Part shown: positions 31,467 to 39,703 of the stretch, one piece after another
Numbering within the stretch: the first letter of the stretch is position 1
Layout of the letters: every line of letters starts with the position of its first letter
DNA from: an uncultured Chloroflexia bacterium
Lineage (GTDB): Bacteria; Chloroflexota; Limnocylindria; Limnocylindrales; CSP1-4
Direction: 5' to 3'
Length of the DNA stretch: 64,000 nucleotides
Assembly (NCBI GenBank): GCA_963768655.1
Contig: CAVYIM010000003.1
Location: forward strand, 717,682-781,681
Notes under the pieces: generated by a model
What the model was told of the DNA's origin: nothing
What the model saw: the letters and a program-made list of their open reading frames with translations, nothing else
The model's database searches: none
Position numbers and translations under genes: made by a program

Positions 31467-32462
31467 TCATACCGTGTACGCGTTCCACTTGTAGCGGGCC
31501 AGGTTGTCCGGCTGCGAGAACCAGGCGGCGGTCCTGGCCAGCCCCTCGGCGAGGTCCACGGTCGGCTTCCAGCCGGTCGCCGCCGTCAGCCGGGAGCTGT
31601 CGCACACGAGGCGCATCACCTCGGACCCGCTCGGCCTCAGACGCTCGGCTTCTTCGGTGACCGTGACCTCGCGGCCGGCTGCGGCGGCGATCGTCTTCAC
31701 GAGATCGCCGATTGAGATCTCGACGCCGGTGCCGGCATTCAGGGTTCGGCCGACGACGGAGTCGGCCGGCGCGTCGGCGACCGCCATGAATGCCCGAGCC
31801 GTGTCCTCGACGTAGGTGAAGTCGCGCGTCGGCCGCAGATCGCCGAGTCGGATCTCGCGCTGCCCCGCGGCCAGTTGAGACAGGATCGTCGGAATGACAG
31901 CGCGGCTGGACTGGCGCGGACCGTATGTGTTGAACGGCCGCAGAGTTGCCACAGGCACGCCGAACGAGAGGTGGTAGCTCTCCGTCATTTTGTCCGCGCC
32001 GATCTTGGATGCCGAGTATGGCGACTGTCCCTGGAGCGGGTGATCCTCAGATATGGGAACGCTCCGCGCCGTGCCGTAGACCTCGCTCGTGGAGGTGTGG
32101 ACGACACGCGGCGTCGCCAGCTGGCGGGCTGCCTCCAGCACGTTGAGCGTGCCGAGAACGTTCGTCTCGACGTAGGAGCGGGGCGAGCGATACGAGTACG
32201 GGATCGCGATCAGGGCGGCCAGGTGGTAGATGACGTCCGCGCCCTCGACCACCTCGCGCACCGAGGCGATGTCGCGGACGTCCCCCAGGTGAACCTCAAC
32301 CGAACCGAGGACGTCGGGCGGCAGCGACTCCAGCCAGCCCCAGGAGTTGAATGAGTTGTAGAGGACCATGGCCCGGACGCGAGTGCCTCGCCTGACGAGC
32401 GCCTCGACCAGGTGGGACCCGATGAAGCCTTCGCTTCCGGTGACGGCCGCGACCGCTGACAG
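31467..32462 (-). CDS. NDP-sugar 4,6-dehydratase-like extended SDR (start problem: CTG start or frameshift)
   Basis: The body has '[11 protein letters not shown]', 'STSEVYG', '[10 protein letters not shown]' and '[10 protein letters not shown]'. The Rossmann motif '[19 protein letters not shown]' lies in-frame upstream of the first ATG (32369). It is reachable only from CTG 32462, which has GGAAGGAG 7 nt upstream. Confidence 0.75.
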   Translation of the reverse strand: MSAVAAVTGSEGFIGSHLVEALVRRGTRVRAMVLYNSFNSWGWLESLPPDVLGSVEVHLGDVRDIASVREVVEGADVIYHLAALIAIPYSYRSPRSYVETNVLGTLNVLEAARQLATPRVVHTSTSEVYGTARSVPISEDHPLQGQSPYSASKIGADKMTESYHLSFGVPVATLRPFNTYGPRQSSRAVIPTILSQLAAGQREIRLGDLRPTRDFTYVEDTARAFMAVADAPADSVVGRTLNAGTGVEISIGDLVKTIAAAAGREVTVTEEAERLRPSGSEVMRLVCDSSRLTAATGWKPTVDLAEGLARTAAWFSQPDNLARYKWNAYTV

Positions 32463-32749
32463 CGTCTGGCTCCTTCCTGCTCATCGAAAGACGCCCCGAA
32501 TGGTACCTGATTGGAGACGGCGGCTGGCTCGGCCGCAGGACGGCCGGACCGCGCCGTCGCCTCGTCGACGCCATGGGCGGGGGCGCTGCGCATCCTGGAG
32601 ATGAGGCCCGCGCGGGGCGTGGCCGGAGTTGATCTTCTGTACAATCGCCCGCGATGCCCGTCCCAGATCGAGGCCGCCGAGCGTGATGGCCCGAGCCCGA
32701 GTCGTCCGCGCCCGGCGGTGCGGACCGCCAGCTGCGTGAGGTCGAGCCG

Positions 32750-33931
32750 ATGAGCGCCGTCACTGCCTCGGCTGCGACGACCACCGAGCCGCTGAGCCTC
32801 GCCTTCCTCGGCGATCCCAACAGCGTTCACCTGCGGCGCTGGGTGAGCTACTTCGCCGCTCGCGGCCACACGGTGACCATGCTCGTCCGGGAGGAGAAGG
32901 ACGTTGAGCCGGGCCTGCCGCCGGACGTCTCCGTCGAGCGGTTCAGTCATTTCGCCGCCCGAGGCCGCGTGACTCCCGCCGGCCTGCTCAAGGGCCGCCG
33001 ATCCCTGCGACGCGCCGTGGCGCGGATCGAGCCCGACGTCCTCAACGCCCACTTCCTGACGGTCCACGGCTGGAACGCCTGGATGTCCGGGTTCCATCCG
33101 TATGTCGTGACGCTGTGGGGATCCGACGTCTTCATCCACCCGCGGCAGTCGCGTGCCGGTGCCCTCCTGGCACGGCTGGCGCTCCGGTCGGCCGACATGG
33201 TGATGGTCAACTCCGCGACGTTGATGCAGGGGGCGCTCGCGGTGGGGGCGCCGCCCGCAAGGACCAGGATGGTTCAGTTCGGAGTGGACCTCACGAGATT
33301 CACGCCCGGCCCGGCCCCGGCCGCTCTCCGGGCCCGCCTTGGATTGGACGGCCGGAGAGTCATCCTCTCCCCGCGTGCCATCACACCCCTGTATCGCCAT
33401 GGGATCATCGTGGAGGCCCTGACCCGGCTACCCTCCGACGTGGTCGTTCTGATGTCGCGCTATCGCGCCCAGGCCGACGAGGTGGAGAAGCTGGAACGCC
33501 TGGCCCGGGGCCTGGGCCTGGCCGATCGTGTCGTGCTGATGCCGGAGTTCGAGGAATCCGACATACCCGACCTGTACCGCATGTCCGACGTGGTCGCCTC
33601 CCTCCCCGCGTCCGACTCGACCGCGGCGACGATCCTCGAGGCCCTTGCCTGTGAGAAGCAGATCGTGGCCGGCGATCTGCCAAGCGTGCGCGAATGGCTG
33701 TGGGAGCTGGACAGCTCGGCCCTGGTCCCGATCGACGACGTTCCCGCCACCGCCGCCGCCCTGGCCCGCGCCCTGGACCGCGATCCCTCCGAGCGGGCGG
33801 ATCTCGGCCGTCGAGCTCGGGCAATCGTCGAAGCCCGGGCCGACCAGGCCGCAAGTCTCGCCAGAGTCGAGTCGCTCTACCGCGAACTGGCCCGGGCCGG
33901 CCGCGGCGGCGCCGCCGGGAGCCGACCCTGA
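32750..33931 (+). CDS. GT4 glycosyltransferase (paralog B)
   Basis: 'LSLAFLGDPNSVHLRRWVSYFAARGHTVTML', 'NAHFLTVHGWNAW', 'LWGSDV' and 'LPASDSTAATILEALACEKQIVAGD'. It is collinear with 28581..29720. Confidence 0.8.
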   Translation: MSAVTASAATTTEPLSLAFLGDPNSVHLRRWVSYFAARGHTVTMLVREEKDVEPGLPPDVSVERFSHFAARGRVTPAGLLKGRRSLRRAVARIEPDVLNAHFLTVHGWNAWMSGFHPYVVTLWGSDVFIHPRQSRAGALLARLALRSADMVMVNSATLMQGALAVGAPPARTRMVQFGVDLTRFTPGPAPAALRARLGLDGRRVILSPRAITPLYRHGIIVEALTRLPSDVVVLMSRYRAQADEVEKLERLARGLGLADRVVLMPEFEESDIPDLYRMSDVVASLPASDSTAATILEALACEKQIVAGDLPSVREWLWELDSSALVPIDDVPATAAALARALDRDPSERADLGRRARAIVEARADQAASLARVESLYRELARAGRGGAAGSRP

Positions 33932-33986
33932 GCAGCTTCGCCGCGCTGGTATCGTCTGCCGTGTCAATCACCTGGCCGGAGGCTAG

Positions 33987-35432
33987 ATGACAGCGTCGTC
34001 CGCGAGGAGCGGCTCTTTCACCCGGCGAGTGAGCGCCGTCTTCTCGACCAAGGTCGTCGCCTTCGCGATCTCGCTGGCGACGACGCTGGTGATCTCGCGC
34101 GTCCTGGGCCCCGCGGGCAAGGGCGAGTACGTCGCGGTTCTCGCCGTGCCCGGCTTGCTCGGTGCCATCGGCGTCTTCGGCCTTCCGAGCGCGGTCAACT
34201 ACTTCAGCGCCCGGGGCACGTCCGTGCGGGGGCTCCTCGAGGTCGGCCTGATCCTCACCGCGATCCTGTCGGCAATCCTGATCGCCCTGGTCTGGATCTC
34301 GATGCCGTGGCTCGAACAGGTCCTGCACTGGGTCTACCCGACCGCGATCCACGTCTGGTATGTGCCCGGCGGGGGCAAGGTCATCGGCTCCACCCTGGAT
34401 CGGTCGACGGCGGACATGGTGGAGGTCGTCCTGATCGTGATTCCCGCCGCGCTTCTGACCACCTTTGCCGCGTCCGTGCTCTACGGGCGACAGCAGGTCA
34501 GGACGTACAGCGCCATCCTGATCGGCCAGGGCGCGATCACGCTCGTCCTCTCCACTTTGCTGGTCGCGGTCTTCCGGTTCGGCGTCCCCGGCGCCGTCGC
34601 CTCGAGCATCGTCGTCACATGGCTGGCGGCCGCCGCCGACGTCGTCGCCGTCGGCCTCCTGGCGCGGCGAATGCCCCCCGGCTCGCGCGTTTCCTACCGT
34701 GGCCTGGCCGGCTACGGCTTCAAGGTCTACCCGGCCAGCATCACCAGCTACTTCAACTACCGGATCGACACCTACATCATCCAGGCAGTCATGCTCTCGC
34801 CGGAAGCTCCTCTGGGGCTCTACAGCATGGCCGTGACGATGGCGGAGTTGATCTTCTACGTCCCGGACTCGGTGACGATGATCTTCCTGCCCCGTGTCGC
34901 CGGTCTGCCGCAGGCGGAAGCCGACGCGCTGCTCCCGCGCGTGTCGAGGCTCACCGTTCTGATGACCGTCCTCGCGGCGCTGGCGCTGGTCCCGACGGCG
35001 TGGCTCGGGATCCATCTGGTCCTGCCCAGATTCAACGACTGTCTCCCCGCGTTCTACGTGCTGCTTCCGGCCGTGATCTCGCTGAGCGTGTCCAAGGTGA
35101 TGTCGTCCTACGTCGCCGGCCGCGGCCGGCCCGGGCCCATCTCGGTCGGGTCGGTCATCGCGGTCTGCGTCAACATCGCGGCCAACCTGATTCTCATCCC
35201 CATCTACGGCATAGTCGGCGCGTCCCTGGCGTCGCTGATCTCGTACACGGCGTCGGCCGCGATCCTGCTCGCCGTGGCGTGCCGTCTTTCGCGTCATTCG
35301 CTCTGGCAGCTGATCGTGCCGCGCGGAGAGGAAGTCCGGATCCTGGTGGCGGGCGCCCGCCGTGGCCTCGCTCGGGCACGGCAGGTGGCCGGCGGCCTCC
35401 GGGCCGGCACCAGCACAGGCGGCGCGTCGTGA
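33987..35432 (+). CDS. Wzx-like polysaccharide flippase (MOP/PST superfamily), copy 3
   Basis: 'VFSTKVVAFAISLATTLVISRVLGPAGKGEY' followed by a polytopic hydrophobic body of 481 aa. Confidence 0.75.
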   Translation: MTASSARSGSFTRRVSAVFSTKVVAFAISLATTLVISRVLGPAGKGEYVAVLAVPGLLGAIGVFGLPSAVNYFSARGTSVRGLLEVGLILTAILSAILIALVWISMPWLEQVLHWVYPTAIHVWYVPGGGKVIGSTLDRSTADMVEVVLIVIPAALLTTFAASVLYGRQQVRTYSAILIGQGAITLVLSTLLVAVFRFGVPGAVASSIVVTWLAAAADVVAVGLLARRMPPGSRVSYRGLAGYGFKVYPASITSYFNYRIDTYIIQAVMLSPEAPLGLYSMAVTMAELIFYVPDSVTMIFLPRVAGLPQAEADALLPRVSRLTVLMTVLAALALVPTAWLGIHLVLPRFNDCLPAFYVLLPAVISLSVSKVMSSYVAGRGRPGPISVGSVIAVCVNIAANLILIPIYGIVGASLASLISYTASAAILLAVACRLSRHSLWQLIVPRGEEVRILVAGARRGLARARQVAGGLRAGTSTGGAS

Positions 35433-36787
35433 GTGGTCGCGTCCTGGTGGTCACCTACTTCTTTCCGCCCGTCGGCGGCGTGGGCGTGCAGCGGACTCTG
35501 AAATACGTCACCTACCTGCCGCGCTGGGGTTGGGAACCGGTCGTGGTCGCGCCCGGCGACCCCGCCTTCCCGGTCCGCGACCCCTCGCTCGTCCCGACGC
35601 TCGCACCGGGTCTCGAGGTCCACCGAACCACCAGCCTGGAGCCCGGCCGCCTGCCGACCGCGGCCGTCCGCGTGCTGAGCCGCCGATCCAGTTCGGCAGG
35701 GGGCGTGTCGGCCGATCTGACGGCGAGCTCGGCCCAGGGCAGCCTTCCGCTCAAGGTGCTGCGCAAGATCTCAGTCGTGTGGAACCGGATCTGGGCGGTG
35801 CTGCTCTTTCCGGAGGGCGCGATCGCCTGGGTCCCGTTCGCCGTCCGGGCGGGGCGCAAGGCCAATCGGCGACGTTCGGTCGACGTCATCTACTCGAGCT
35901 CATCGCCGATCTCCGCGCACGTGGCGGCGGGTCTGTTGAAGGGCCGTATCCACCGGCCCTGGGTGGCCGACTTCCGCGATCCGTGGATCGGCAATCCCTT
36001 CGCTGCCCCGATATCGCGTCCCAAGCGCTGGATGCAGCGACGCATGGAGCGCTGGATCGTTACCCGGGCGGATCGGGTGATCGTGGCTGTGGACGCGATG
36101 CGAGTCCAGTTCGAGGAGCGTTACCCAGGGCTGGCCGGCAAGTTCGTGCACATTCCCAACGGCTACGACCGCGCGGACCTGGCCGGCATCGAGCCCGCGC
36201 CGCCCCCGACCCCCGGAGGCTTCCACCTCCTCTACGCCGGCAGCCTGTACCGACCCGGGGAGCTCGAGGCGTTCCTGCTCGGGGTCGAACGACTGCTTGC
36301 GCGCCGGCCCGAGCTCCGCCACCGCCTGAAGATCGATTTCCTGGGCCGGGTCAACGATCCCAACGCGAAGGCTGCGGCCGAGTTCGACAAGCCGGGACGA
36401 CTGGCCGGCGTGGTCGGCTTCGAGGGCTTCGTGCCGCGGCCGACGGCCCTGGCCCGGATGGCCGGCGCCGACGCGCTCCTGCAGCTCATGCCCGACATGC
36501 CCGGGGCGGAGATCTTCGTCGGCGGCAAGCTGGCCGAATACCTCGCCTTCGACCGGCCGATCCTGGCGGTGATGCCGCGCGGCGAGGGGCGGGCTCTGGT
36601 CGAAGGGCTCTCGACCGGGATCGTCGCGGATGTGGAGCCCGGCAGCGTCGCCGATGCGCTCGAGCGGCTGCTGGACCACACCCCGGCTCCGGCGCCGGCC
36701 GACCCGACCGGCCGCTTCGATCGGGTCAACCTGGCCGGCGAGCTGGCGCGCGAACTCGATCGAGTGGTCGCCGGCGCGGCGAGCTGA
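35429..36787 (+). CDS. GT-B fold glycosyltransferase (GT4-like)
   Basis: GTGA overlap with the flippase gene. 'RVLVVTYFFPPVGGVGVQRTLKYVTYLPRWGWEPVVV', 'IYSSSSPISAHVAA', 'LLYAGSLY' and 'KLAEYLAFDRPILAV'. Confidence 0.7.
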   Translation: MSGRVLVVTYFFPPVGGVGVQRTLKYVTYLPRWGWEPVVVAPGDPAFPVRDPSLVPTLAPGLEVHRTTSLEPGRLPTAAVRVLSRRSSSAGGVSADLTASSAQGSLPLKVLRKISVVWNRIWAVLLFPEGAIAWVPFAVRAGRKANRRRSVDVIYSSSSPISAHVAAGLLKGRIHRPWVADFRDPWIGNPFAAPISRPKRWMQRRMERWIVTRADRVIVAVDAMRVQFEERYPGLAGKFVHIPNGYDRADLAGIEPAPPPTPGGFHLLYAGSLYRPGELEAFLLGVERLLARRPELRHRLKIDFLGRVNDPNAKAAAEFDKPGRLAGVVGFEGFVPRPTALARMAGADALLQLMPDMPGAEIFVGGKLAEYLAFDRPILAVMPRGEGRALVEGLSTGIVADVEPGSVADALERLLDHTPAPAPADPTGRFDRVNLAGELARELDRVVAGAAS

Positions 36788-36840
36788 GCGCCGGGCGACT
36801 GGCTCTACGCCGGGGCGCGGGCCGCGCCGCTCGTCAGCCC

Positions 36841-38124
36841 TCACACCGCGACGAACGACGTCACCAGGAGTACCAGCGACAACACGACGAGCAGGCCGGT
36901 GCCGATCCAGCCGATTGCCGACAGCACTCGCCCGCTCGCGAGCGGTCCCATCAGTTCTCGGTTCGATGCCAGGCGCATGACGAAGACCAGCACGAACGGC
37001 AGCAGCAGGCAGTTGATGACCTGAGCCGTGAACATCACCTGCACGAGCAGGCGCGGCGGCACGAGCAGGATGAACAGCCCGGCGAAGGCAACGAAGAAGA
37101 TCATCAGACCGTAGAAGGCCGGTGCCTCGCGCAGGCGCCAGTCGACGCCGGTCTCCCAGCCGAAGGCCTCGCAGGCGGAGTAGGCGCTCGTCAGCGGCAC
37201 GGTACCGAGGCCCAGGAACGACGCGGCGAGCAGGCCCACGGCAAAGAGGACTGTGGTCTCGCCACCAGCAAGCGGCTGCAGGGCGCGCGCGATCTGCTGG
37301 ATCGCATCGGGAGAGGTCGTGTCGATGTGGATGCCAGCCGTGTACACGGCTGCGGCGCAGGCGATGATGATGAATGCGCTGATGAGGTTCGTGAGGAGCG
37401 CGCCCAGCCCAACATCCAGCCGCTCGCCGACGAGATCCTCCGGACCGAGCCGCTTGTCCGCCACGTAGGACTGGATGAACGCCTGGCCCCAGGGCGTGAT
37501 CGTGGTCCCGACCGTGGCCACCACTGTGAGCCAGTACAGGCTCGAAGAGTCCAGGGCAGGTACGACCATGGAGTGAACCGCGTGGCCCCAGTCCGGATGG
37601 GCCAGGAGCGCAGAAACGAAATACGAGAGAGAGACTCCGGCGCCTACGGCAACGAACAGGTATTGGACCTTGATGTAGCTGCCGCGGGTCAGCAGCAGGA
37701 CTACGACCGTCGCGGCGAGAAGCGCGCTGATCCAGTTGGGCACGCCGAAGAGGCCGAGAGCCGCGCCGCAGCCGGCAAACTCGGACACGATTGTGCCCAC
37801 GTTGGCGATGAGCATGGTCATGATCAGGAACGCTGCCCAGCGAACGCCGTACTTCTCGCGGACGATGCCGGCCAGGCCCTGGCCCGTAGCCAGTCCGAGC
37901 CGGGCGCCCACCTCCTGTGTGAAGAACAGCACGATCTGGCTGGCGAGAATGACCCACAGCAGCTCGTAGCCATATCGCACACCCGCCACGGAATAGGTGG
38001 AGATGCCGCCGGCGTCGTTGTCGGCGAAGCCGCTCACGAGCCCCGGGCCAAGGACACCCAGGATCGCGGCCAGGCGGACCCGGTTTACCGCGCGAGGGGT
38101 CAGAGACAGGACCGGAGCCCTCAC
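36841..38124 (-). CDS. NRAMP/SLC11-family transporter with non-canonical metal site (NRMT-like)
   Basis: 427-aa polytopic protein. TM1 reads 'GFADNDAGGIS' where canonical NRAMPs have DPGN. TM6 reads 'GTTITPWGQ' where canonical NRAMPs have A-x-x-M-P-H. The overall NRAMP layout is present ('GYELLWVILASQ', 'QEVGARLGLATG'). Confidence 0.85.
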   Translation of the reverse strand: MRAPVLSLTPRAVNRVRLAAILGVLGPGLVSGFADNDAGGISTYSVAGVRYGYELLWVILASQIVLFFTQEVGARLGLATGQGLAGIVREKYGVRWAAFLIMTMLIANVGTIVSEFAGCGAALGLFGVPNWISALLAATVVVLLLTRGSYIKVQYLFVAVGAGVSLSYFVSALLAHPDWGHAVHSMVVPALDSSSLYWLTVVATVGTTITPWGQAFIQSYVADKRLGPEDLVGERLDVGLGALLTNLISAFIIIACAAAVYTAGIHIDTTSPDAIQQIARALQPLAGGETTVLFAVGLLAASFLGLGTVPLTSAYSACEAFGWETGVDWRLREAPAFYGLMIFFVAFAGLFILLVPPRLLVQVMFTAQVINCLLLPFVLVFVMRLASNRELMGPLASGRVLSAIGWIGTGLLVVLSLVLLVTSFVAV

Positions 38125-39398
38125 CGGTCCGGAGTCCCCGAGGTCCGCCCGAAGATGCGCGGAATCCTGATCCTGGCGGGCCGGGGCAGCAGCGTGTCGA
38201 TGGCGTCGTCGACGGTCACGATGCCTTCGAGGTGGCCATCGTCGTCAACGACCGGCACCGCCAAAAGGTTGTAGCGGGCCACGACCTCGGTGACCTCTTC
38301 CTGACCGGCGTCGGTCTTGACCGCGACAGGCTCGGCGTACATGAAGGTGGAGATGCGCGTGCTCGGCTTGGCGACGATCAGGTCTCGCAACGACAGGACG
38401 CCGACCAGCTTGCCGGCCTCGTCGGTCACGTACACGTAGTAGATCGTCTCGGCGTTGGGCTCGAGCTCTCGCAGGCGGTCGATCGTCTGGGCCGCCGTCA
38501 GGCTGGCCGGCACGGCCACGAACTCGGTCGTCATGATGCCGCCGGCCGTGTCCTCCGCGTAGGTCATGAGCTCCTGGACTTCCTGCGCCTCGTCCTTCTC
38601 CATCAGGCCGAGGATCTCCTCGCGGCTCTCGTCCGACAGGTCGGCCACGAGGTCCGCCGCCTCGTCCGGATCCATCTCCTCCAGGATGTCGGCGGCGCGG
38701 GCGGGCTCCAGGTCCTCCAGGATGTCCACCTGAGTCTCGGGTTCCATCTCGCCGATGGCATCGGCTGCCGCCTCGTCGTCCAGGGACGAGATCACGCCGA
38801 CTCGGTCGTTGCGGCTGAGCTGGTCGATGATCGTCGCCAGGTCCGCCGGGTGGAGCTCCGCCAGGCCCTTGTGGGGGACTCGCAGCTTGACGCTGGCGAT
38901 CGTTCGCTCCACCGGATCGACGTCCTCCCAGTCGATGTACCGCTCGGGGACTTCGCGGTGTAGACCGCGGGCGAGCGTCCGCCATGGCCCCTCGATGCCG
39001 AGCCGGCGAAGCAGGCCGGACGCGCCGACGTCCACGGCGACCAGATGCAGCGCGCCTTCGACCTCGTCGAGCCGGAGGTCGTTGACGCGGACTACCTTGC
39101 GGCCGTCGATGTCGACGATCTGGCGGTCCATCAGATCACGCTTGAGGCGAATCTCGTTGGGCCGCTGGTGGAACTTGCTGATGTCGATCGCGGTCGTCTG
39201 CAACGTGGCGCCGGTTGAGTCCAGCGACGCCACCGACTGCCACGCAAGGAAGATCTCCCGGCCGTTGGTCCTGACGACTATGCCGGTCACGGGCGGATAC
39301 CGATCGCCGATGGCGACGATGAGGTCGGCGACGGTTCCGATCGGCTCGCCCAGCTTGTCACGCACAGGCCGGCCGATCGCCTGGCTCAGATAGAGCAT
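38121..39398 (-). CDS. soluble PRC-barrel x2 / MgtE N-domain / CBS-pair protein (MgtE cytosolic sensor module with no pore domain)
   Basis: PRC-like 'IGRPVRDKLGEPIGTVADLIV' and 'LMDRQIVDIDGRKVVRVNDLRLDEV'. MgtE_N acidic helices 'LDDEAAADAIGEMEPETQVDILEDLEPARAADILEEMDPDEAADLVADL'. CBS pair 'GIMTTEFVAVPASLTAAQ...GVLSLRDLI...LLAVPVVDDDGHLEGIVTVDDAID'. There are no TM helices. ATG 39398 is preceded by GAGGTGG. The stop overlaps the NRAMP GTG as GTGA. Confidence 0.8.
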   Translation of the reverse strand: MLYLSQAIGRPVRDKLGEPIGTVADLIVAIGDRYPPVTGIVVRTNGREIFLAWQSVASLDSTGATLQTTAIDISKFHQRPNEIRLKRDLMDRQIVDIDGRKVVRVNDLRLDEVEGALHLVAVDVGASGLLRRLGIEGPWRTLARGLHREVPERYIDWEDVDPVERTIASVKLRVPHKGLAELHPADLATIIDQLSRNDRVGVISSLDDEAAADAIGEMEPETQVDILEDLEPARAADILEEMDPDEAADLVADLSDESREEILGLMEKDEAQEVQELMTYAEDTAGGIMTTEFVAVPASLTAAQTIDRLRELEPNAETIYYVYVTDEAGKLVGVLSLRDLIVAKPSTRISTFMYAEPVAVKTDAGQEEVTEVVARYNLLAVPVVDDDGHLEGIVTVDDAIDTLLPRPARIRIPRIFGRTSGTPDR

Positions 39399-39703
39399 GT
39401 GCCACCTCGACGGCGGGTCTGCGGACGGGGCCCGACCCGCCCGAGGTGGCGCGCGCCGCAATGGGCGCGAACCGCTTAGAGGGCGAAGCGGACCAGAGAG
39501 CGAATGTCGGCGCCCCGGGCGCCGCAGGTACTGGGTCCGGTCTCCACTGAGGGAGAGATCCTCCGAAAGCGTGTTGGAACGGGCCGTAAGGCGCGGTTAC
39601 ATGCGCCTTCGACCACGTCGGAGTTTAGCCCCGGGTATGGGCGAGGGTCAACGCGAACCGCGTCCGGAGATGGTGAACGTAAGTACGATTGCCGCGGGCC
39701 CGG

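Noticed and set aside
33405-35297. 630-aa minus-strand ORF
   Set aside because: It is antisense to GT4 paralog B and to the third Wzx gene. The composition is Arg/Asp/Gly-rich low complexity.
35362-38274. 970-aa plus-strand ORF (and the 685-aa minus-strand ORF 35900..37957)
   Set aside because: They overlap the GT gene out of frame, or run opposite to or out of frame with the NRAMP gene. Neither has recognisable domains. The real genes on these coordinates have clear family motifs.
39462-39703. M-box (Mg2+ riboswitch) upstream of the Mg-related operon
   Set aside because: The M-box-like words (GGGTCAAC, GTAAGG, TACGATTG) are on the plus strand, which is the wrong strand for the operon. Their order does not match the consensus as I recall it. 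I kept this only as an unresolved structured-leader finding.
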